A DNA stretch of 46,791 nt from the IMG/VR virus record IMGVR_UViG_3300027742_000003; one strand, written 5' to 3'. Below are positions 7,440 to 16,102 of the stretch, piece by piece. The notes below the pieces were generated by a model. It had not been told where the DNA came from and made no database searches. It worked only from the letters and a program-made list of their open reading frames with translations. This DNA is from a virus. The number at the start of each line of letters is the position of its first letter. Position 1 is the stretch's first letter. Made by a program: the position numbers and the translations under genes.

Positions 7440-8250
7440 TTCAATATTTAATTACGGTGTAGACGTACCTCAATACTCAGGTACATATTTAATAAGTGGA
7501 TATAAGAAAGGCTACTAAGCAGTGATGCCTAATAGCCTTGATTTATTCACTGAATTAACGTTAACCTGTGCCCTGCCTTGCTATCGGCTGGCCTTGACTA
7601 GGTAAGAATGAGACAGCAAAACTAAGGTAAGTATATGTGGCTTAGTTTCAAGTAGCTGTCGTATCATCCAAACAGGTTAACGGGATTTTCAATTTACCCT
7701 CACAACATAGTGTTGCCAAGGAATCTCCGAGCTGTCACACCATCCGAACTAATGTGGTTGCTCACGTTGGCTATTACCTGCCACCGCTTCGACTTGTCTT
7801 GTTAGGTGTGCATCTGTCCCAGTCAACCAGCATAAGCTATTAAGAGGGATTAAAGAGCGTATTAGTACACACCATTTAGGTTTAAGTCTAGTAGCTGATT
7901 TGTACCGCTACCGTACGTGGATAATGTTTCAATCCGTATGTATTGACTTTTTTCAGAAGTCGGGGCGAATGTTACCGATGTTTGTTCCGTTTGTCAACAA
8001 CTTTGTGAGCATGTGGGTTTATGGTACTTAGCCCTACCACCACTTAACAGTCCGTACACGCCGCTGTACTTGTTTTATAACCTAGCATCAAGGTTACTGT
8101 TTAGTGTGCTTATTGTTAACGTATTAGGACACTATCCTACACACGCCTTTATTCTTTTACCGTGTAGTTTTTCCAAACCACGAGTGAAGTATACGCAGGT
8201 AATTTATAAAAATCATCAGGCAAAAGTATTATATTTTAAATTAATTTTCT
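7440..8250. ncRNA. candidate large structured RNA or long structured leader (class and strand unresolved)
   Basis: No credible ORF. Nested perfect helices: 7559-7569/7672-7682 (11 bp) encloses 7612-7617/7655-7660 (6 bp) and 7619-7626/7641-7648 (8 bp). An extended hairpin at 7496-7550 has a tandem GA/AG internal loop. Further hairpins at 7465-7484, 7891-7911, 7945-7961, 8078-8096 and 8104-8143. Confidence 0.3.
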
Positions 8251-8310
8251 AATCGTTGGTTAAGTTGTTGTTTTATAAGGAATAATAAAGAGAGCTTTTT
8301 AATAAAAATA

Positions 8311-8574
8311 TTAAATTAATTTACATCTTATTGTTTTTATTAAAGATTTATTTGTATTAGTAGAAAGCCTATTAGGTATACATCTATATGCAATACACGC
8401 GTATATAACAGGTATACATAACATAGTCAACACCCCTAAGCATAATAGTACAAAGGGTAGTGTAAACAGTAGTATACATAGTAGCCCCAGTCGAAGACGT
8501 TTAGTTAGAGCGATTATCTTTATAATCAAGGGCTTATAAGCAGCATATTGGTGGTCATGGCCGTGAAAGGGCAC
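8311..8574 (-). CDS. doubtful ORF (87 aa, hydrophobic)
   Basis: GTG start with a weak SD. The body contains a near-consensus promoter and repeats, and the 3' end lies in about 80% A+T DNA. Confidence 0.3.
   Translation of the reverse strand: MPFHGHDHQYAAYKPLIIKIIALTKRLRLGLLCILLFTLPFVLLCLGVLTMLCIPVIYACIAYRCIPNRLSTNTNKSLIKTIRCKLI
8402..8430 (-). promoter_or_regulatory. sigma70-type promoter firing leftward into the ORF-free region
   Basis: Minus strand reads TTGACT (8430-8425) - 17 nt - TATATA (8407-8402). Confidence 0.5.
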
Positions 8575-8659
8575 TGCCCCTACATAGTAAGTCTACCTAA
8601 TCCTAACTAATTGGCCCACTACTTGCATAACATGCAGGGAACATGCCAACTCTTCCTAA

Positions 8660-8696
8660 GGGGGATTTGTAGGGGAGGGCAGGGGGGTTAGGGGGG
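8660..8696 (+). other. G-quadruplex-type tract (five G3-6 runs)
   Basis: GGGGGatttgtaGGGGaGGGcaGGGGGGttaGGGGGG. Confidence 0.7.
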
Positions 8697-8956
8697 TTGC
8701 CTTATTAGTGCATTACCCCTAAAAATTTTCTCGTAGTAATTCACCTAAATGGGTCTTACATAGTGATAGGTGCTTCTTAAAGGATTGACATAGTGTAAGC
8801 CCCTGTCCCTACGGGACGTTTAGTATCTCCTTAAGAGATAAGAGAACGCATTTAGGAGAAAAGAGAAAGAAGTAGTTATCTGTGGATGTGCCCTAGGTAG
8901 CTTGTAAAGGAGTTTGTAAAGGGAATGGATAATAACACAACTAAAGAGAGATAAGA

Positions 8957-9544
8957 ATGTCTGATATTCAATTAGATGAAATAAGAAGTGGGTATAACCT
9001 TAGTAAGATTAACTCAAACTTCGAAAAACTAGAAGAGGCAAATAATAATACGGTCTTACACAGGGATGGTGGTAACAACACCATGTTACAAGACATTGAC
9101 CTTAATTCAAATAAGATTATTAATGCTGGTGCCCCTGAAACTGACTACGACCTTGTAAGGGGCGTTGATGTAGTAGAGATAGCCAAGAAGATTAAGGGTG
9201 CTTCTTTTGTTACACAAACTGAGCAAGAGGTTCCAACAGTGGGTCTGTTTAATGGCGCTCGTTGGTACATCATAGATAATAATGAAACATTCTCTTATGT
9301 TATTGAGGATGGAGAGTCAGTGGGTCAATGGGTTCAAGAGGGTGTTTATGGAGATGATAAATCTGTAATACTGTCAAATACAATTGACTTAGATAATGTC
9401 TTAAGCGTGATTAATGCTATAGATAAGTTCACTGGAAAGCGTGTGATGAATACGGATACTAATAAGCAGGTATATGCTGGTGGCTCTTTGGCTATAGATG
9501 TTTGGTATGATGCTTTGGGTGCAGTTGAACACTCACCTAGTTAA
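8957..9544 (+). CDS. tail fibre / tailspike-adaptor-like protein
   Basis: N-terminal segment ...MLQDIDLNSNKIINAGAPETDYDLVRGVDV is typical of phage fibre N-termini. First gene of the plus arm. Confidence 0.6.
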   Translation: MSDIQLDEIRSGYNLSKINSNFEKLEEANNNTVLHRDGGNNTMLQDIDLNSNKIINAGAPETDYDLVRGVDVVEIAKKIKGASFVTQTEQEVPTVGLFNGARWYIIDNNETFSYVIEDGESVGQWVQEGVYGDDKSVILSNTIDLDNVLSVINAIDKFTGKRVMNTDTNKQVYAGGSLAIDVWYDALGAVEHSPS

Positions 9545-9553
9545 GGAGATATA

Positions 9554-11644
9554 ATGAGTATATATAGCAATTCACCAAGCGTAGGTGATGAGGTCACTGT
9601 AGGTGGAACTGTCAAGCGTTGGGACGGAGATAAGTGGGTTAACCGTAGTTTTGGTAATCATGAAATAAGGTTGGTTGAGTTAGAGAAGAGTAAGTTGAAC
9701 ATCTTTGGCTCTGACGACTTCTACGACATGCTACAAGGGAGAACATCTAGCGGTGGTTTTGTAGACCATGCTGTTGGTCAGAAGTGGTCTTCTGGGGTTG
9801 GTACTTGGATAGTTGATGAAAGCAGTGGTACACCTATCCCATCAACAGTCCCTCAACTGTACCTAAGGGCGCTTAACGGCTTATGGTTAGTTGACTTCGG
9901 CGTTGTTTCTGGTGATGCAGCTTTAGGTGAGAATAACTTCAACATCCTTAATTACGTATCAACAATCTTGTATAATTGCGCTGTAATTAACTTTAGTCAG
10001 GGTGAGACTCACTTGGCACACACATTGCCTTATGACATAAACCATCCGTTTGGAAGAACTGCACTACCACTAATGTCTTTAGAGAATATTAAGATAAACG
10101 GTAATGGCAGCACAGTAAAAGTTGTAGACCACGACATTGCTTCCTATAACCACCTAACTGTTATTAGCCATGATGCTGTACAGTCGCTAAGTGTTAAAGG
10201 TTTTACTTTTGACCTTTCTTACGTTGGTAGGAATAATGATGAAAACTACTACCCACAAGGCGGTGCAATAAGGGGGGTTGACTCATTAGGTACGGCTGGT
10301 GCAAGAACAAAAGAACAGTTGTCTTGCAACACTAGGGTTAATGAAAACAACTTCAAAGTGTTTCACCCTGAGGGATGTTACGGTAAGGCGCTTAATCCAT
10401 ACGTCTTAGATGGCGACCCTAACAACGGATTCAAGAATTACTCTTATACGTTCTTGGGAGATGCTGCTGCTACTGAACAGCAATACCAAAACAACGACTG
10501 TGAATTTATTGGAAATACTTTCCTAGAGGGGCACAACTGTTATGGCGTTTGGGTTTGGGCTGTTGGTAACTTTATCGCGGACAACAACAAGGCGACCCAT
10601 TGGATAGCTGGTGTTACTGATGAAACTGGTACTTTTCTAGGGAAGGCATCAATACCTATGATTAGGTATATAAAGTTCTACACCACTGGTGCTTCTATAG
10701 GCGCTGGCAATAGGTGTGTATCGCTTGAGACAAGTAAAAGGGTTGGGGCGTTCCAAGGTGGTGCTATCTACTGTCACGTAGTTGATAACATGAGCGTAGA
10801 TATTGATGTTGGTGGTGTAACTAAAGTAGATGGTTACATGAAGATGGGTACTGGCGATGTAGGTATCCTAGTTGGCGTATATGGAACAGCACACATCAAA
10901 GGAGACTTTGAGGCTTGGAGCATAGACGACAGACCTACAGCAGCAATAGACGTACAACCTTTAGAGGGCGGCAATGCCGATTACCACTTAAGGGATGTGT
11001 CAGTGTGTAAGAACTTTAGCGGCCCCACTGTACGTGGTGACGTTGGTTCTAGTACACTTGCAAAGCGGAGGCTAAGTAAGCTTACAATGCAGGGCGTTAC
11101 ATCTGGCAACAGCCTATCGTCGCCAGTGTTGTTTATAAACAACCGTGGTAATCCTGTGTTTGGTATAAGCAACTTAGTGGTGTCGTCTTGTGTCTTAGAT
11201 GGCAGAGACAGCCAATTCAGTATGGCCAACACAAATAAGGTGGCCATTGATGCAAACCTGTTTAATGTTGCTACAGATGTTGTTAGTATTAGAGATAATG
11301 AAATTAGGGGGTTCTACAACCTAGAGCGAACTGGTTCAGCCATTCCTAGGGTAGAGGGTAACTACGGTTCACAAGTAACCTCAAGCATTAACTACAACTA
11401 CTTAGCTTCACCAGAGCAGACAGTGGCACCTAAGACTGTATCTGCTGGCGTTGTACCTCGTGTAGGTGTTTCTAATGCAGATTTGTTTGACTATACAGCT
11501 CAGCGAGTAGACACAACAACTGGAGGAATACTGCAATACACTGCTGGTCGAGTCTCTGGTGGTGGTTCTATTGCTGGTGCTACCCCTGCTGGTCAGGCGT
11601 GGTACATAACAGAGAAGTTGGTGGCATCCAAAGGATTGGTTTAA
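9554..11644 (+). CDS. tailspike-like protein (probable right-handed beta-helix)
   Basis: 696 aa, Gly/Asn/Val-rich repetitive turns (NGNGSTVKV..., GNRCV...). Follows the fibre gene. Confidence 0.55.
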   Translation: MSIYSNSPSVGDEVTVGGTVKRWDGDKWVNRSFGNHEIRLVELEKSKLNIFGSDDFYDMLQGRTSSGGFVDHAVGQKWSSGVGTWIVDESSGTPIPSTVPQLYLRALNGLWLVDFGVVSGDAALGENNFNILNYVSTILYNCAVINFSQGETHLAHTLPYDINHPFGRTALPLMSLENIKINGNGSTVKVVDHDIASYNHLTVISHDAVQSLSVKGFTFDLSYVGRNNDENYYPQGGAIRGVDSLGTAGARTKEQLSCNTRVNENNFKVFHPEGCYGKALNPYVLDGDPNNGFKNYSYTFLGDAAATEQQYQNNDCEFIGNTFLEGHNCYGVWVWAVGNFIADNNKATHWIAGVTDETGTFLGKASIPMIRYIKFYTTGASIGAGNRCVSLETSKRVGAFQGGAIYCHVVDNMSVDIDVGGVTKVDGYMKMGTGDVGILVGVYGTAHIKGDFEAWSIDDRPTAAIDVQPLEGGNADYHLRDVSVCKNFSGPTVRGDVGSSTLAKRRLSKLTMQGVTSGNSLSSPVLFINNRGNPVFGISNLVVSSCVLDGRDSQFSMANTNKVAIDANLFNVATDVVSIRDNEIRGFYNLERTGSAIPRVEGNYGSQVTSSINYNYLASPEQTVAPKTVSAGVVPRVGVSNADLFDYTAQRVDTTTGGILQYTAGRVSGGGSIAGATPAGQAWYITEKLVASKGLV

Positions 11645-11720
11645 TAAGCTCTAATAAACCTTAACAATGGGCCACTATAGGTGGCTCTAAGGGTTGTTAT
11701 CAACACACAAGGATAATTTA

Positions 11721-12218
11721 ATGATTAACAAATCAAAACTAAAGGACTCAGGAGGTAGGCCGCTTACACAGGGCCTATTTCTTGAGGTAGGTTACAACTA
11801 CGATACTGCGGTATACTCCTTAAAAGATGAAGACCATAAGGCAGAAAACGGAACAGTTTATCCGAGCCTTAAGAAACTATATTTAGAGTTGGAAGACCCA
11901 ACTGAATATGCTTTTGCTACGACTTACCTATTAGGGTGGTCACAGTGGAAACGTATACTCAAAAACAAAAATTTGCGAAAACATGTTGACGAATGGCGGG
12001 AGGAGCTTGAACTTAAACTACGCTCTCAGGCTGTTCAAGATATTATTCAAATGTCTGCTGACGACAAAGGGTTTCAAGCTGCCAAGTGGCTAGCTGACAG
12101 AGGTTGGGACAAGAAAGGCGCTGGCCGTCCTAAGAAAGATACCTCAGAGCATGATGCTAAGATGGAAAAGAGACTTGATGATGAGTTTACAGCGGACATC
12201 CTAAGGTTGGAGAGGTAA
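11721..12218 (+). CDS. terS: putative terminase small subunit
   Basis: Sits directly upstream of terL. Basic C-terminal GAGRPKKD. ATG 7 nt after AAGGA. Confidence 0.5.
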   Translation: MINKSKLKDSGGRPLTQGLFLEVGYNYDTAVYSLKDEDHKAENGTVYPSLKKLYLELEDPTEYAFATTYLLGWSQWKRILKNKNLRKHVDEWREELELKLRSQAVQDIIQMSADDKGFQAAKWLADRGWDKKGAGRPKKDTSEHDAKMEKRLDDEFTADILRLER

Positions 12219-12221
12219 CGT

Positions 12222-13823
12222 ATGGAAGATTGGCTACAGGAAGCTTATAAGAAGCTTGACAAGATGCCTAAGAAAGCCTTGGAGATTAGGGAAAGGGCTA
12301 TGGTTGACCTAGAGTTCTTTGCCCGCCTAGTTAATCCGGGGTACATGTATGGCTCAGTTCACAGGGAAATATTCAGGTGGATGCAGGAGTATGACCTATA
12401 CGGCAAGGGTGAAGAGCTTACAAGTAACAAACTTATAATGCTTCCTCGTGCCCATCTTAAGAGTCACATGGTTGCAACTTGGTGTGCTTGGATTATTACA
12501 CGCCACCCAGAAGTTACTATGCTATACGTATCAGCTACTGCTGAATTAGCAGAGACACAGCTATATGCAATCCAAAACATACTTGGTAGTAGCCTTTATC
12601 AAAGGTTCTTCCCAGAATACATCCATCCTCAAGAGGGTAAGCGCGACAAGTGGGCTTCTAAGAAGATTAACGTAGACCACCCTAAGCGTTCTAAAGAGGG
12701 TATACGGGATGCTACTGTGGCAACCGCAGGTCTAACAACTAACACTACAGGTTGGCACGCTGACATTGTTGTAGCGGACGATTTGGTTGTTCCAGAGAAT
12801 GCCTACACAGAAGATGGCCGAGAAGCAGTTTCTAAGAAAGCTTCACAGTTTACTTCTATACGTAACTCAGGTGGCTTCACAATGGCTTGTGGTACACGAT
12901 ACCACCCAACTGATATATACCACACTTGGAAGAATCAAGTATTCGACATATTCGATAGTGAGGGCATCAAGGTTGACCAAAAACCTGTTTGGGATATTAA
13001 GGAGTACGTTGTTGAAATAGATAACCTATTTACTTGGCCACGTACAATCAGGGAGGATGGCAAGGCTTTTGGCTTTGACATGCAGACCCTATCACGTATT
13101 AAGGCGGAGTATTCGGACAGGGTTCAGTTCTATGCACAGTATTATAATGACCCTAATGACCCCGGCTCAGAACGTATATCAAGAGACAAGTTTCAATACT
13201 ACAGCCCAAGGATGCTTAAGAAAGAGGGCAGCAGGTGGTTCTACAACGGTAAGAAGCTTAACGTATATGCAGCAGTGGATTTTGCATTCTCATTATCAAA
13301 AGCAGCCGACTTTACAGCAATCGTTGTAATAGGTGTTGACTCAGATGGCAACTACTACGTACTGGATATAGATAGGTTTAAGACTGACAAAACGTTAGAA
13401 TATTTTAAACACGTACTGGCCTTGCACACTAAATGGCGCTTCAACAAGCTCCGTGCTGAGGTGAGTGTTGCCCAAAAGGTAATCGTAAACAGTATTAAAG
13501 AATATGCCAAGAGAGAGGGTCTGAGCCTGTCTGTGGATGAATACAGGCCAACTCGTTCAGAGGGTTCTAAAGAAGAGCGGATAGAAGCCGCCCTAGGTCA
13601 CTTGTACGACAACTTACAAATGTGGCACTTAGAGGGTGGTTGGACAAGCATTCTCGAAGAGGAATTAGTATTAGCAAGACCATCTCACGATGATATTAAA
13701 GATGCGTTAGCGTCAGCAGTAACAATAGCAATCGCACCAGCTAACAAGAGTTCGTCTGGTATAAACGATTTCTTTACAAAAACTAGTAATACCCATCCAA
13801 GATTTGGTGGGGTTTCATTCTAA
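12222..13823 (+). CDS. terL: terminase large subunit
   Basis: 533 aa. Walker-B-like DIVVADDLV, a coupling motif in the ATPase domain, and a nuclease half with AAVDFAFS. Confidence 0.88.
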   Translation: MEDWLQEAYKKLDKMPKKALEIRERAMVDLEFFARLVNPGYMYGSVHREIFRWMQEYDLYGKGEELTSNKLIMLPRAHLKSHMVATWCAWIITRHPEVTMLYVSATAELAETQLYAIQNILGSSLYQRFFPEYIHPQEGKRDKWASKKINVDHPKRSKEGIRDATVATAGLTTNTTGWHADIVVADDLVVPENAYTEDGREAVSKKASQFTSIRNSGGFTMACGTRYHPTDIYHTWKNQVFDIFDSEGIKVDQKPVWDIKEYVVEIDNLFTWPRTIREDGKAFGFDMQTLSRIKAEYSDRVQFYAQYYNDPNDPGSERISRDKFQYYSPRMLKKEGSRWFYNGKKLNVYAAVDFAFSLSKAADFTAIVVIGVDSDGNYYVLDIDRFKTDKTLEYFKHVLALHTKWRFNKLRAEVSVAQKVIVNSIKEYAKREGLSLSVDEYRPTRSEGSKEERIEAALGHLYDNLQMWHLEGGWTSILEEELVLARPSHDDIKDALASAVTIAIAPANKSSSGINDFFTKTSNTHPRFGGVSF

Positions 13824-13831
13824 GGATAATT

Positions 13832-15616
13832 ATGTCAACTAAAGTAGCAGAAATTGTAGCCCTAGTCGGTCAAGAAGATGGGGCTGCTTGGGTAGCTAAC
13901 CTGTGGGACAAGTTTAACAGTCAACGTAGACAGTGGATTGAGGAGAAAAAAGAACTCCGAAACTATATTTTTGCGACAGACACCCGCTCAACAAGTAACT
14001 CAACACTGCCTTGGAAGAACTCAACAACTCTTCCTAAGCTGTGTCAAATACGAGACAACTTGCATTCAAACTACATTACAGCTTTGTTTCCTAATGAGGA
14101 TTGGCTACAGTGGGAATCTTTCTCACTAGATTCAGCCAGCAAGGAAAAGGCATCAGTAATAGAAAACTATATGGCCACCAAATGCCGTAGGAGCGGCTAC
14201 AGGGCACAAGTAAGTAAGATGCTATACGATTACATTGATTATGGTAATGCGTTCGCTGTGGCTTCATTTGAGAGCCGTCACAAGCTATCCCCAATGGGGC
14301 AAAGGATGGTTGATTATGTTGGCCCAACAGCTCAACGCCTAAGTCCACTAGATATTGTTTTTGACCCAACAGCAGAGAGCTTTGAAAAGAGCTTTAAAAT
14401 TGTTCGTACTATAAAAACTATTGGTGAGCTTATGCTTATGGCTGAGCAAGACCCTGACCAAGGTTTCTGGGTTGATGCACTAGAAAAGCGTCTAGCACTA
14501 CAAAGCAAGATGGGTGGGTACTCAATAGAAGATTTTGACAAAGCAATCGGCTATTCTGTTGATGGCTTTGGTAACTATCACGAATACCTACAATCAAACT
14601 ACGTAGAGGTGCTAGAATTTTGGGGAGACTACCACAACCCTGAAACTGGGCGAGTAGAGCAGAATCGCCTCCTAACGGTCGTAGACAGGTCTACACTAGT
14701 AAGGAATGCTGAGATACCAACCTACTCAGGAAAAGCTCCTATACGTCATGTGGGGTGGAGATTAAGGGATGATAACCTGTGGGCAATGGGGCCACTTGAT
14801 AATCTTGTTGGTATGCAATACCGAATCGACCACCTAGAGAATGCTAAGTCAGATGCTGTTGATTTAATCATTCAGCCACCACTTAAGATTAAGGGTGAGG
14901 TGGAGCAGTTTGTATGGGGGCCGGGTGAGGCTATACATCTTGACGAGAACGGTGACGTAGGTGAAGTAAGTAAAAGCCTTGCAGGTATGTTACAGGCAGG
15001 TAATGATATACGTGAGCTTGAAGATAAGATGGAGCTTTATGCTGGTGCGCCTCGTGAGGCCATGGGTGTACGTAGTCCGGGTGAGAAGACTGCTTTCGAA
15101 GTGGGTCAGCTACAAGCTGCTGCTGGACGTATCTTCCAAGAAAAGGTAAGTACGTTTGAGCTTATGTTGCTTGAGCCAAACCTTAATGATATGCTTGAGC
15201 AAGCGCACAGGAATATGAATGAACCAGAAACCTTAGGCATCTTTGATGATGAACTTGAGGTAAGTATCTTCCAAGAGATTACACGTAACGACTTGGTAGG
15301 TGATGGTGTTATTCACCCTGTAGGTGCTAGGCACTTTGCTGAACAAGCTAAGTTTGTACAAGAAATGGTTAACTTGTCTAACAGTAATGTAATGAGCTTA
15401 ATTGCTCCACACATCTCTGGTAAGGCACTTGCACAATCGTTTAGTTCTGCACTTAATGTAGAAAACCTAGGCATCTTCCAACCTAACATTGCTGTCCAAG
15501 AACAAATGGAGTCTGAGAGGCTTGCTAAGGCTGCTCAAGAGCAAATGGCTGTAGAGGATGGCCAAGAGTCACCTGAACTTATGGGAGCCGTAGAGGATGA
15601 AGGAAGCTCTAATTAA
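13832..15616 (+). CDS. portal protein
   Basis: 594 aa immediately after terL, acidic C-terminus, T7-like gene order. Confidence 0.8.
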   Translation: MSTKVAEIVALVGQEDGAAWVANLWDKFNSQRRQWIEEKKELRNYIFATDTRSTSNSTLPWKNSTTLPKLCQIRDNLHSNYITALFPNEDWLQWESFSLDSASKEKASVIENYMATKCRRSGYRAQVSKMLYDYIDYGNAFAVASFESRHKLSPMGQRMVDYVGPTAQRLSPLDIVFDPTAESFEKSFKIVRTIKTIGELMLMAEQDPDQGFWVDALEKRLALQSKMGGYSIEDFDKAIGYSVDGFGNYHEYLQSNYVEVLEFWGDYHNPETGRVEQNRLLTVVDRSTLVRNAEIPTYSGKAPIRHVGWRLRDDNLWAMGPLDNLVGMQYRIDHLENAKSDAVDLIIQPPLKIKGEVEQFVWGPGEAIHLDENGDVGEVSKSLAGMLQAGNDIRELEDKMELYAGAPREAMGVRSPGEKTAFEVGQLQAAAGRIFQEKVSTFELMLLEPNLNDMLEQAHRNMNEPETLGIFDDELEVSIFQEITRNDLVGDGVIHPVGARHFAEQAKFVQEMVNLSNSNVMSLIAPHISGKALAQSFSSALNVENLGIFQPNIAVQEQMESERLAKAAQEQMAVEDGQESPELMGAVEDEGSSN

Positions 15617-15836
15617 GGGGCTTGGTAAGGATGAAGCTCGGGAACTGGAGTTGGCATTTAAGTCAGCTCTGGTTCTTAGGGAACGCCTTGCCAAAGTTCT
15701 TGAAGAAAAACAAAGAAAGAAAATTAACGCATCTCTTAATGATAAAGCTTATGATTCACCTAATTGGGTTTATAAACAAGCAGATAGGCAGGGTTATGCT
15801 ACCGCTATTAAGGATGTTTTAGCACTCCTAGAATAA
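15597..15836 (+). CDS. hypothetical protein (79 aa)
   Basis: ORF overlapping the portal stop by 20 nt. Confidence 0.5.
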   Translation: MKEALIKGLGKDEARELELAFKSALVLRERLAKVLEEKQRKKINASLNDKAYDSPNWVYKQADRQGYATAIKDVLALLE

Positions 15837-15844
15837 TTATTTTA

Positions 15845-15957
15845 AATTATTTTCATTTATTTTTGGGAAAAACGCTAAAAAAAGAGTATATATAAGTATA
15901 TACATTAATAATGAACGAAGTGAATATTAATAAGATAGTAAGAAAGATTAATAAGAA
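15845..15957 (+). repeat. R2: copy of the promoter-like repeat family
   Basis: Aligns with R1 (5572-5682). Its 5' core also matches R3 (31801-31850, minus strand). Confidence 0.85.
15863..15896 (+). promoter_or_regulatory. sigma70-like promoter inside R2, upstream of the tRNAs and capsid genes
   Basis: TTGGGA - 18 nt - TATATA(TAAG), with an A/T-rich upstream tract. Confidence 0.45.
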
Positions 15958-15996
15958 GTTCCTTAAGGGGTCTTACTAATAGTCTTTCTTATTTTA
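15939..15996 (+). terminator. long A/U-rich imperfect hairpin followed by TTTT (terminator- or attenuator-like)
   Basis: taagaaag+attaataaga ... tcttactaat+(agt)+ctttctta, then ttttatt. Confidence 0.35.
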
Positions 15997-16023
15997 TTCT
16001 CTTAATATCTACAGCGTATTATT

Positions 16024-16096
16024 GGGTGTGGGACATTGGGTGTCAGTCAGATTCCAAACCTGTACTTGTGGGGTTCGAATCCTCACATGCCCGCCA
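16024..16096 (+). tRNA. tRNA-like gene, best read as tRNA-Trp (CCA), with non-canonical D and anticodon arms
   Basis: Acceptor GGGTGTG/CATGCCC, T arm TGGGG-TTCGAAT-CCTCA, encoded G-CCA end, loop TTCCAAA. The anticodon stem has only 3 WC pairs and the D loop is about 5 nt. Confidence 0.5.
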
Positions 16097-16102
16097 AACA
16101 AT

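Larger units (their letters stand above)
7705..8794 (+). repeat. six same-orientation copies of ACATAGT plus three of GTATACAT (iteron- or promoter-like cluster)
   Basis: ACATAGT at 7705, 8421, 8476, 8582, 8758 and 8788. GTATACAT at 8376, 8412 and 8472. Confidence 0.7.

Noticed and set aside
8204-8220. CUGAUGA on the minus strand as a hammerhead ribozyme core
   Set aside because: No adjacent stem II followed by GAAA, and no stem I/III pairing, could be built around it.
8013-8252. 79-aa ORF in the ORF-free region
   Set aside because: It has a GTG start without an SD. Its composition is driven by the A/T-rich 3' end, and it overlaps predicted helices and the A+T block.
8785-8826. TTGACA ... 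TAGTAT as a plus-strand promoter for the late arm
   Set aside because: The hexamers are 30 nt apart, which is not compatible with sigma70 spacing.
12787-13329. Two same-strand alternative-frame ORFs (77 and 90 aa) within terL
   Set aside because: They are embedded in the terminase frame, which carries the conserved motifs. They have no SD and no plausible products.
5572-15957. R1/R2 repeats as a CRISPR array or transposon inverted repeats
   Set aside because: There are only two long copies about 10 kb apart in direct orientation, plus one partial copy. There is no spacer-repeat periodicity and no transposase or integrase gene in the genome.
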